Below, in pieces: positions 39,395-48,234 of a stretch of DNA of 64,000 bases. The stretch is from a virus. The stretch lies in the IMG/VR virus record IMGVR_UViG_3300021466_000176. One strand, given 5' to 3'. Position numbers and translations under genes: made by a program. A model generated the notes under the pieces. That model saw nothing but the letters and a program-made list of their open reading frames with translations, ran no database searches and was not told where the DNA came from. Numbering within the stretch: the first letter of the stretch is position 1; the number at the start of each line of letters is the position of its first letter.

Positions 39395-39895
39395 TTACGA
39401 CACCGGAAGGACTGGGACGAACGTAACGCCACCAGTCACTGTCGTATCTACGTCCTGATCCGCACGTGCCAGAATCGCCGCATCCGAATCATCAGGAGCC
39501 GTCCCGTCCTGATCCAGGAGTCGGACCTGTCCCGGATTATCGCCGTCAACCACGAGTTCGTCGCCGACAACGGCTACCTCTCCAGAGGTGAGCCGGAGGT
39601 GGTACGAACCGCCACGAACCCGTCCGTAGGACACCTGCTCACCCTCACTGTAGACGTAGCCATCAGCAACGCCGGCATCCGTCTCGTTGAGTTCGCCACC
39701 CTTCCGCCGTGGCTCGAACGCAACGAGGAAATCACCGGGGCCAACCCGCCCGCCAGTATGTTCTTCTACCTCTCCTTCTTCGTTTCGCTGGAGAACGTCT
39801 CCAGCGGCGATGGAAGTTCCAGCCGCTGCCGGTGCTTCCTCGTACTCGTAGTGGTCGTGACCGTATACAACCGTCTGATTGTTAACTAAAGACAT
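39395..39895 (-). CDS. Head decoration/cement protein
   Basis: Between scaffold and MCP; IAAGDVL, VGDELVVDG beta-rich motifs. Confidence 0.7.
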   Translation of the reverse strand: MSLVNNQTVVYGHDHYEYEEAPAAAGTSIAAGDVLQRNEEGEVEEHTGGRVGPGDFLVAFEPRRKGGELNETDAGVADGYVYSEGEQVSYGRVRGGSYHLRLTSGEVAVVGDELVVDGDNPGQVRLLDQDGTAPDDSDAAILARADQDVDTTVTGGVTFVPVLPVS

Positions 39896-39951
39896 ATCTG
39901 TCTGGTTTCGTATTACCGCACACTCTCAATTTCGGATCGATGCCGCTGGTT

Positions 39952-42612
39952 TTACGAGGAACGCTCGTTGTACCGCTCGCTCGCCGACTGAGGGGCGAGG
40001 TCCAGATCGACCTCACCCTCCTCGTCCACGGACGCATCGAATCGCTGTCCCTCGGGACTCATGCCGCCGAAGTCGGTATCGACCGTGAACTCCTCTCCAT
40101 CCGAGTTCTCGCGGTTTTCCTCACTGTCTTCCATGACATCGGAGTGGATTTCCTCAAGCCGATCGAGGTCTCCAGTAAGCGTATCCATCGTAACAGCGGG
40201 GGACTCGGAATTCGCAACGATGTCCTCCTTTAGCTCAGTCCGGCGCTTTTCCTTCTCGCGCTCGCTGAGAGCTTCATTCGCATCTGCTCGGACCTCGGAG
40301 CGGAACTCCTCGTCAGACTTGAGTTCCTCTCGCACCTGCTGTGTGATCGTATCTACGTCTACTTCCACGTTCTCTCTGTCCTCGTCGTTCTCGCCGCTTT
40401 CGTCGTCTTCGTCACCGTCGTCCTCACCGTCTTCGTCGTCCTCACCACCGCCGTCACCGTCTTCGTCGTCCTCGTCGGCTTCCGCATTGACCCGCTCGGC
40501 CATGTCGTGGAAGCCTTTCAGACAGTCCGTACCAGCGAGCTTGACCATATTCTCGCGGTCGAAATCATGGTCCTCTACCAGCGTATTGATTCGCTGCTCG
40601 TCTTCGTCGGAAATATCGAGTTCTTCTTCGTTACTCATGTTTTGATCGGTTTCCTCTGACTCGTTTTTATGATCGGTGCCGTCAGCATCACCCTCAGCGG
40701 ATTCCGCCGCTGCTCGTTGATTGTCATCGCGGCCCATCGTTACAGCAACCGTCGCCGCAATGTTCTGTGCCATCCGATCGACGAACCCATCGGATCGGTC
40801 CGCGCCTTTCGTGGGATCTTCAGCCGATTCGAGATCATCAACCGATGCCGTCGATGGAGAGCCTTTCTGCGTTGCTTCTCCATCCTCAACTTCGAATTCA
40901 GCAACGAGGACTTCTCCCTCGTTACCGGCTTCGGAGTTGATGATCTTACCGACTTTTCCATCCCACTTTACCCAATCACCGGATTCCATGTTGGAAATTA
41001 ATCTCACATTGTCTCTCTTTTCGCTATCTACATCACGATCGAACTCGCTTTCGAGCAAATCATACGCCCTGGACCGGGCGGACGCGAGCTGTGAAGACCC
41101 TATATCCGCCGAGGCTCCTCGACCGCCGATGACCGCATCGAGGGCACCTTCGTATAGCTTTCCATTGGATGGGTTCACAACTGGGAAGAATTTCACTTCA
41201 CGTATCGTCCCTGCATCGGGGTTTCCGAGCAACGAGTGATCAGCAATCTCGCTCCGTTGGGCCGGGGTGAGGTCATCGACGCTGTTGATCGAGTCGGCGT
41301 TCCCGCCGGGTTTCAGATCGAGTGCTGAGACGAAATCGTCCAACCCCGTGGAGACATCCCCCCACGAGTCCGAAGACGTTCCGTTGAATTTTGGCTTACG
41401 CGCCTCTTTCCGAACCGAGTTCTGTCTCCACTCTAACTCATTCACATCTACCCAACTCGGGATTTTATGCAACCGCGAATCAGCGTTTACATAGAGTTCG
41501 TTAGCGTTCGATCGAGACTTCGGATGGTCATCGGGCAGTAAATCTTCGTCTGACGTATAGTTCGGGTTCTCGGGTTTCCCGTTCCGAAGCAAGTACAGAA
41601 ACGCGTTAACACGAGCCATTGCCCACTGGCCCCGAGATACGCCCGGACGGTGGGAACTCGAATACGCTCCCGCACCACGACGATATACCTTCTTTAGTGT
41701 CCTACTTCCAGCAGGAATAGAATACGTCGAATCATCACCATCGGCCTTCTCCTTGTGTTCCTCAGCCTTATTTTTCAGTGCTTTCTCAGTCTTCTTACTG
41801 AAATCGATGTCGGCTTCAGTGGTTTCGGATGCTGAACCGTCCTTGTTAGTATCGGACCCTTTCTTTTGGTCTTCTTTGGGAGCTTTCGTCGTCGCTTCAT
41901 CGGATGGGTCCGCGTCCACACGCATCCCGCCGTCCGTCAATACAGGCTGTGAACTGGGGTTAGGCATATTCGAACTCGACCGGAGGAGTTTCTCCATCGG
42001 ACCGCCGATTGCACACCCCTCCTCGATCGTACACCGTGGGGTTCCGGAGAGGATCATCGCAACGTGATCTCCATCTACACCCTTCTGAACACCATCCGCG
42101 CGCACGCCCTCGTATTCCGAAGAATCGATTTTCGGTGCGGAGTCAATATCGTATCCCGGGGATACCGACACTGGATCACCGTTTTCGATCTTCTGAAGCG
42201 CAGTAGCGTATCGAGGAAGCCGACTCCGGATCTCGGTATCCGCCTGGAGCCATGCCTGTCCAACCAGAACATCATCGTTCGGTCCCTCCATCCCCGAAGA
42301 TCGGAATTCGCCGACCACCTTACGGTTGAGAACGTCTGGATCGTTTATAGAGCCGAACGTCACTCCGGTCGGGGATGATTCCGATGGAACGAGTGGATGT
42401 TCGATGTTGATCGGAGTGCCGTCGAACGACGACGCCGCCCGTTCTAACTCCTCTTTAGGGAGGAACTCGGTTTCGTTCGGGAGATCCTGATCAGAATAAT
42501 CGTACACCCTTTCGCGTGCTATGGGGGAGGGTACAACCAAATACTCCTGTCCGTCTTCGGTTACCCTCCTGTATTCCGAGGAATTCAGTCTCCCTATTTG
42601 TAACTGTCTCAT
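39952..42612 (-). CDS. Prohead protease (DUF2213-like) with accessory domains and C-terminal scaffold
   Basis: FDGTPINIEHP, VSVSPGY, DHVAMI..PRC motifs in first ~200 aa; internal globular inserts; acidic coiled C-terminus. Confidence 0.85.
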   Translation of the reverse strand: MRQLQIGRLNSSEYRRVTEDGQEYLVVPSPIARERVYDYSDQDLPNETEFLPKEELERAASSFDGTPINIEHPLVPSESSPTGVTFGSINDPDVLNRKVVGEFRSSGMEGPNDDVLVGQAWLQADTEIRSRLPRYATALQKIENGDPVSVSPGYDIDSAPKIDSSEYEGVRADGVQKGVDGDHVAMILSGTPRCTIEEGCAIGGPMEKLLRSSSNMPNPSSQPVLTDGGMRVDADPSDEATTKAPKEDQKKGSDTNKDGSASETTEADIDFSKKTEKALKNKAEEHKEKADGDDSTYSIPAGSRTLKKVYRRGAGAYSSSHRPGVSRGQWAMARVNAFLYLLRNGKPENPNYTSDEDLLPDDHPKSRSNANELYVNADSRLHKIPSWVDVNELEWRQNSVRKEARKPKFNGTSSDSWGDVSTGLDDFVSALDLKPGGNADSINSVDDLTPAQRSEIADHSLLGNPDAGTIREVKFFPVVNPSNGKLYEGALDAVIGGRGASADIGSSQLASARSRAYDLLESEFDRDVDSEKRDNVRLISNMESGDWVKWDGKVGKIINSEAGNEGEVLVAEFEVEDGEATQKGSPSTASVDDLESAEDPTKGADRSDGFVDRMAQNIAATVAVTMGRDDNQRAAAESAEGDADGTDHKNESEETDQNMSNEEELDISDEDEQRINTLVEDHDFDRENMVKLAGTDCLKGFHDMAERVNAEADEDDEDGDGGGEDDEDGEDDGDEDDESGENDEDRENVEVDVDTITQQVREELKSDEEFRSEVRADANEALSEREKEKRRTELKEDIVANSESPAVTMDTLTGDLDRLEEIHSDVMEDSEENRENSDGEEFTVDTDFGGMSPEGQRFDASVDEEGEVDLDLAPQSASERYNERSS

Positions 42613-42664
42613 TGTATTGAATCGATAACGCGTAACATCTCGTCTGTATTGCTATGAAATTCTA

Positions 42665-43474
42665 CTACACGGGAACGAATAGGCATCTACACCGGGGGTG
42701 GGTCTCCCCGGGTATCACACCGACAGCCTCTTCGAGCGAGTACCTATTTCCCTCTAAACCCCGGCAGAGAGGGCAGACTCGCTCATCTCCTGCTGTCGTA
42801 AACTCGACTTCCGGATCGACGCCGACCTCTTCGACACCCGCCGACTCGTACCGATTCAGTGCTGCATTGTTCGCCGCTTCAACGGTTCGAGTATGAGAAA
42901 CCGCTTCCGAGCGGGTCTGTCCGACCGCATCGATTCGATCGTTGATTGATTCGGCAATCTGGCGGCGTGAGGGACGGCGACCCTGTAATGCCTCGTCTAT
43001 CTCGCGCAGCACTTCCGTAACTGAAGCGTTGGCAACTGCCTGCAAATCCTGATAGACAGCCGTATACGATCGTCCGAGTTCTCGCCGGTGTTTTTCCCTC
43101 GTGATTGCAGCTTCGGGCGATACATCCGGGACCGTGTATTTCTCCGAATTACGGAGGTGATAATCAGCCCGCTTTAAACCGGCTTCATAGGCATCACGGA
43201 CGTTAGATGCCGTCCAATGGCGTCCGGATGCAACCGAGCGTCTCCGAGTAGTCTCGATAACCTCCTCATCTATTTTCCGTCGGATCCAGTTCTCCAGTGC
43301 GAACCGTACTTCCGAATTATCCCAATTATCGGGCGTAAGTGGAGAAATTCGAAACCGATCTCCATCCTGTATCTCGCTTCGTACTGCTCCCCGGACCCTC
43401 CGCCATCGCCTGTTGAGATTCCCCACCCACCGTTCCCTACGAGTCTTCGTCCTCGTCGGGTCGTGGGAAGTCAT
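42665..43474 (-). CDS. Minor head morphogenesis protein (MuF/SPP1 gp7-like)
   Basis: TAGDERVCPLCRGLEG and HPRCRC motifs. Confidence 0.9.
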   Translation of the reverse strand: MTSHDPTRTKTRRERWVGNLNRRWRRVRGAVRSEIQDGDRFRISPLTPDNWDNSEVRFALENWIRRKIDEEVIETTRRRSVASGRHWTASNVRDAYEAGLKRADYHLRNSEKYTVPDVSPEAAITREKHRRELGRSYTAVYQDLQAVANASVTEVLREIDEALQGRRPSRRQIAESINDRIDAVGQTRSEAVSHTRTVEAANNAALNRYESAGVEEVGVDPEVEFTTAGDERVCPLCRGLEGNRYSLEEAVGVIPGETHPRCRCLFVPV

Positions 43475-43493
43475 TCATCCGGCCTTCCCGCTA

Positions 43494-44765
43494 TTAGCAT
43501 GAATGGTCTTCTTCGTCTTGGTTGCCCTGATCTCCCTGGTCGCCTTGATCGCCCTCGTCGTCGGTCGGGATGCGTGTCACCGCATCGGCCGTCGAAACAT
43601 CCGTGCCATTGAGCAGGACAACTACACGTTCGATATCATCAGCCGGTCCGCGTAATTCAAGCGAAGTGAGATGGGGATCGAACTTACTGTCTATCAGGAA
43701 GTCGTCTTGTCCGCCTTCGACGAGACCTTCCCACGTCCGCTTGTCGATCCGCTCTTCGCCATCGCCGACATTAGCGTCGTCGCCGGGATCGACCCGTGAG
43801 GCGTGCCCGACGAGTTCGTACTCGACAGTATCGGCGACCTTGCTGCCGTCGATAACGAGCCGATGGATATAATCCGGTCTGCTCGTCCCACCCGATCCGC
43901 TTGCAGCAGCTTCAGGACTAAGTGGACATCCACCGGGCGGGGAATAATCAGCATCAGGATCTTCTTCTACGTCGTCGTAATTAATCTCGCCGCCGGGGTA
44001 CTCCTGTAGCGGGCCGCCGGTATACAGAAGGTTCCGAAGTGTAACCTCACTTGTCGCGCCCTCGTTCTCGTAGTAGTAGCGGGAGTTGACGGCTGCTACC
44101 ATCCCTTCGCCGTCGATCCGAACTCGGCAATCCTCGTACTCGGGAGACCCCGAATACGCCCAGATGCCCCGGTCAGTGTGGTTCCGTGAGGTGTAGCCTC
44201 CTCCGTCCGAAGCATCAACCAGTGGGTTGTCCTCGTGTTCGTCATCGATTACACAGCCAATCGCCTTTGAACTGGGAGTGCCTAATCGAATACCGGAACT
44301 CGTTCCATTATAGCCGAAACAATCGCGGAGAATCACAGTTCCGTTTGCTGAGGCGTTCTTGTCGATCAATCGATTCCCCGGGCTTGAACAATACCAGAGG
44401 TTATCAGCGAAGTTCCCGACAGTGCAATTTTCGATCTCAACGGTGCCACCGTGATGTCGGGACGTGAAGATGCCGGTTTGCCCATCTTCTCCACCATCCC
44501 CGAGGTAGACGTTCCGGACGTAGGCTGTCGCGTCCTCGTCCTCGATTTTGATATGAAAGCATGACTCCTTCTTTGCCGGAAGAGAGCCCCGAACGCCTAC
44601 GTTCTCGATCGTGTTTGGCGAATGGAGGAGGATGTCGTATTTCGCTCCTGGCGCAGTGATGTCGATGAGCGTGTCGGTTAAATCGCCGTCCTGATCGGTG
44701 TCGTGTCGGAAGGTTTCGCCGGCCGATACTTCGATCTCGGTGTCGTAATCAGTATTAGTTGACAT
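43494..44765 (-). CDS. Beta-helix protein with C-terminal beta-sandwich module
   Basis: IENVGVRG, VRNVYLGDG, FADNLWYCSSPG, GIRLG, RGIWAY, PPGGCPLSPEAAASG; paralog of 25550..26509. Confidence 0.75.
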   Translation of the reverse strand: MSTNTDYDTEIEVSAGETFRHDTDQDGDLTDTLIDITAPGAKYDILLHSPNTIENVGVRGSLPAKKESCFHIKIEDEDATAYVRNVYLGDGGEDGQTGIFTSRHHGGTVEIENCTVGNFADNLWYCSSPGNRLIDKNASANGTVILRDCFGYNGTSSGIRLGTPSSKAIGCVIDDEHEDNPLVDASDGGGYTSRNHTDRGIWAYSGSPEYEDCRVRIDGEGMVAAVNSRYYYENEGATSEVTLRNLLYTGGPLQEYPGGEINYDDVEEDPDADYSPPGGCPLSPEAAASGSGGTSRPDYIHRLVIDGSKVADTVEYELVGHASRVDPGDDANVGDGEERIDKRTWEGLVEGGQDDFLIDSKFDPHLTSLELRGPADDIERVVVLLNGTDVSTADAVTRIPTDDEGDQGDQGDQGNQDEEDHSC

Positions 44766-44896
44766 TTTCTGATGTTATAGTGTGTAAATTTTTGTAATGT
44801 TCTCATCGTGGAAGGTAGCGTCGATCCGGCCGTTGACCGCGACTCCGCGCTACCGCAGAGTATCACCCTCAAGGCGAGCGAGTAGGGCGGGGTAGT

Positions 44897-47350
44897 TCAC
44901 GAGTAGTAAATATCTGAGGCTTCGCCAATATTGTCGTAGAACTCCTCGTAATAGTATGCCAGTTCGTCATCAACGTCGCCCGGATCAGCGTTTTCACCAA
45001 TCGCACAATCGACGAGTTCGAGATTATGAAACCCCATCTCTCGCACGCGGCCGTCCGGATCGGGCCAGTCGATGTTGATCTCGCTGCTGCTGTCGTACTC
45101 CATGAGATGCCGGCGCGTCCATTCGCCTTTCAGCTCGGGGTAATCCTTGTCCTCGTAACCAGCAGAGTTTACTTGTACAAGAGGTGAGTCCGGGTCAGGA
45201 TAGCGATCGTCCATGTCGGGCTCCTCACCCCACGGGATACAAAGTTTGGTTGCCCGCCAACCGGGGTAACTCCGTCCACGGAGCCAGAGTCCCGATCCGC
45301 CATAGTCGTTGGGCATGACCGCGCCAATCGCCCCCGCGTGCCAACACACATTGCCTGGGCGATGTGCGTCGATCTTATACCCGCCGGCCGCTCGATGTCC
45401 GATGATGAACCGGGAAGGCGCAATCGCCCCGTTAGTTCCCTGTTCGATTTCGTGGCGGCCGCCGTCGAGGAGGACGCGATTGACATCGGTTTGCCTCCAG
45501 AAGGGCGTCCGAGTTTGCAACTCGTCAAGCGACCAATGATCCGCGTCGGTCCCGTCGATCGGACCCCCTGCTCCAATGCAATACGCAGCCCCCGACGGCC
45601 AGGGAGCATAGCTATCTGTTGCGAGTACGGTCATAGCATCGGCACGATCGGAGATATTGATCATCGAAAAGCCATGTATCTCGCAGTTGACCACCGCTCC
45701 GTAGCGACCGTCGAAGTTACCCTCAACACCGCGCATTTGATAGCGTCCGTCCCGGTTGGGCGGGATGTCGCTATCCGCTCCCGTATAGGGGTATTCATCC
45801 GTTCCGGGGCCTGCGACCTCACAGTTTATGATCGACCAGAACGGTTCGGTAAATTGGATCGCACAGTGGCCCCATTTCCCGTCGTCATCACGATTTATCT
45901 GCCGATCGAAGGATAGACGAGGGTTCTCGCCGTCGTGGATGAAGCCAGCAAGCGTAATCCCGCGCGTATCGATGTGAACGGAGGGTTTGGTATCGCCGGT
46001 CGGCAACTGTACGTTGCCACGGATACCCAACACATCTCTATCGTCGGCGTCATCAATTGCGCTAATGAGATCGTTGATGTCGTCGATCCACATGTCTACA
46101 TCGTCGGTATCGACGGCCAGATCGGACGGAAGCCCGCCGGTACCGAAACTGCACCGTCCATAGGGAAGGTCCATGTCCGATTGAGCATCAGCGTCGACTG
46201 GTAGCGGATCAAAGAACTCGTGGTTGCGCCGCTTGCCATCGACGAGGAGCCGGGTATGGCTATCGCGGTAATCGCCGATAATCTCGCCGTCGCCGCTTCG
46301 GAACAGGTTCGGCTCGCTATCGATATCCGGTCGCTGCCGTCCCTCAGTAATCAGCGAGGGCGAACAGCGGACTTGCATGATCCGTCCTGAATAGACGAAG
46401 GAATCGGTATTATCAGGCCAGACGCTCGATATGGCAACGCCGTACTGTCCCACATTATACGTATCGTCGCTGCCGACGGGTTCGAGACGGCCGCTTGCCA
46501 TCAACCGATAGTCGCGCCGCCGCTCGGCCGCCTCATCGACAGCGATAGTAACTTCTCCATCGGCCCAGTCAGGCAGGTCAGCGTCCGAGCCACCATCTGA
46601 TCCGCTATCCGAACCACCGTCCGAACCAGACTCGGAATCGGACTCATCACCGTTCGCAGGCCGATCCTCCTCGGCGGGTGTTTCTCGCCCACCTAACGGC
46701 GACTCAGTGAGTCGCGGCGGCTCATAGGGTAGTTTATTCAACTGGAAGTTGAGCCGGTCGTGGCGGCCGTGTACCCATGTTATTTCGCCGATTAGTCCGA
46801 AGGCGTCATCATTATTCGCGGGTATCGAGCCGACGACCATCTCGCCCTGATCAAGCGGGATGATTGCGTCGAACCGGTCCGATTTGTCCTTTCTGACGAA
46901 TTCGCCGTCAGTGGCCGCCGAATAATAGATGGGCGATTCATCCTCTCCCTGCCAGTCATCCCCGTAAACGTAGAAACGCCGGGGCTCGTCAGGGCTGCCG
47001 AAGTCCGGCTGCTGACCATCGTCTCTCTCATCGTCCTCGGAGCTATCGGGAAGCAAATCCTCTCGATTGACTTCCTCGCCGTCAGCAAGGAGTGTGAGGG
47101 CGTCCTCGGCGTCGTTCGTAATAGCGAGTCGGACTAACTTCCCATCGACGGCATAGCGATCGAACAGGTCGGTCTCGTCGATCCCACCCCCGGCTATATG
47201 CGGCGTCTCGCTATCGTAGTAATCGCCAGTTCGGACACCGGTCGTTCCTGAAACAGGAACGATCGTGCCACCATCATCAGCGTCGACTTCGAGTTCGTAT
47301 TCGATCCTTGAACCGTCAGTTCGGAGTTCGAGTTCGTATTCGTCGGGCAT
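44897..47350 (-). CDS. Large multidomain protein: repeated beta modules + C-terminal beta-helix-like domain
   Basis: Three repeats ending in D.Y/F..G.I/L; then DLISAIDDA cap and NCEVAGP/NCEIHGF. First ATG after the upstream stop is 47350; the frame is open further upstream. Confidence 0.7.
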   Translation of the reverse strand: MPDEYELELRTDGSRIEYELEVDADDGGTIVPVSGTTGVRTGDYYDSETPHIAGGGIDETDLFDRYAVDGKLVRLAITNDAEDALTLLADGEEVNREDLLPDSSEDDERDDGQQPDFGSPDEPRRFYVYGDDWQGEDESPIYYSAATDGEFVRKDKSDRFDAIIPLDQGEMVVGSIPANNDDAFGLIGEITWVHGRHDRLNFQLNKLPYEPPRLTESPLGGRETPAEEDRPANGDESDSESGSDGGSDSGSDGGSDADLPDWADGEVTIAVDEAAERRRDYRLMASGRLEPVGSDDTYNVGQYGVAISSVWPDNTDSFVYSGRIMQVRCSPSLITEGRQRPDIDSEPNLFRSGDGEIIGDYRDSHTRLLVDGKRRNHEFFDPLPVDADAQSDMDLPYGRCSFGTGGLPSDLAVDTDDVDMWIDDINDLISAIDDADDRDVLGIRGNVQLPTGDTKPSVHIDTRGITLAGFIHDGENPRLSFDRQINRDDDGKWGHCAIQFTEPFWSIINCEVAGPGTDEYPYTGADSDIPPNRDGRYQMRGVEGNFDGRYGAVVNCEIHGFSMINISDRADAMTVLATDSYAPWPSGAAYCIGAGGPIDGTDADHWSLDELQTRTPFWRQTDVNRVLLDGGRHEIEQGTNGAIAPSRFIIGHRAAGGYKIDAHRPGNVCWHAGAIGAVMPNDYGGSGLWLRGRSYPGWRATKLCIPWGEEPDMDDRYPDPDSPLVQVNSAGYEDKDYPELKGEWTRRHLMEYDSSSEINIDWPDPDGRVREMGFHNLELVDCAIGENADPGDVDDELAYYYEEFYDNIGEASDIYYS

Positions 47351-47483
47351 CGTCGGAGTTGTCTCATCGCCGTCACTGCTGTCGTTGTCGCTGTCACCGT
47401 CCGTATCGCTCAGAGGTTCGTCCGGATGGTCGTTGAGGATCTTTGCGAGGTCGTCGATACTTGCCCGGATGTCAAGAAGCAGG

Positions 47484-48233
47484 TCACACTGCTCTGAGGT
47501 CGTCGAACCGCAACGTTGCGCGATAGCCACCGAAGCCGAACACGCCACTGCTATAGGACGTATCGGTCACCGAGACAGTACCCATCGATGTCCCGGTCTC
47601 GTCGAAAAGTTCAGCTTCAATTGTATCGGCAGCCGTCGAAGGCGTATCGAGCCGGAGTTCTGCTTCGTGGTAGGCACCCGTCGTGAAAGACCCAATATCG
47701 GAAGTTTTCGTCGTTGTTCGAGTGCCTCCGGAGACGACGTGCAAACGAATTTCTGGCCCGCTGGACGACAGCTCGAACATGTAACCATCAAAATTATCAT
47801 ACGTCTTCGTCGCAGCCGACGGTACCAGAACCGGTACCTTCAGATACCCGCCGCCGGAATACGTTTTATCGTCCCAAACCGCCACGCGATAGGTCTGGCC
47901 GCGCTCCATCGTCGGCGCAGGATGGGAGTTCTCATCGGCAAATTGGAGCCGGTCGGAAGCCGAACCGGGAGCGTATTCCAGTACGTTCGACCCACGATTC
48001 GAATCACTAATAATACTGAACACTGCCGGATCATCCCCAACGTAGTCGTCAGAAAGCGTATTCGACTCGAAATCCTCAGCGGCTGTGGTCGTCAGGTTGA
48101 TCGCCGGGATACCTCCGAGTATCCCAACTGCTACGCTCGACGCATCTGTCGAGTACTGGTAGGCCCCGAGATCGTCGCCCGGTCCTGAGCCGCCCCCCTG
48201 ATACTGGTAGGCTCCGAGATCGTTGCCCGCCAT
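47484..48233 (-). CDS. Lectin-like beta-sandwich protein with N-terminal DLGAYQY repeats
   Basis: Two DLGAYQY; EDFES..YSSGVFGFGG..RFDDL resembles domains of 13443..15611. Confidence 0.65.
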   Translation of the reverse strand: MAGNDLGAYQYQGGGSGPGDDLGAYQYSTDASSVAVGILGGIPAINLTTTAAEDFESNTLSDDYVGDDPAVFSIISDSNRGSNVLEYAPGSASDRLQFADENSHPAPTMERGQTYRVAVWDDKTYSGGGYLKVPVLVPSAATKTYDNFDGYMFELSSSGPEIRLHVVSGGTRTTTKTSDIGSFTTGAYHEAELRLDTPSTAADTIEAELFDETGTSMGTVSVTDTSYSSGVFGFGGYRATLRFDDLRAV

Positions 48234-48234
48234 T

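Noticed and set aside
40370-40490. Imperfect tandem repeats (cgtcttcgtcgtcctc-like)
   Set aside because: Simply encode the Asp/Glu/Gly tract of the scaffold; not an array.
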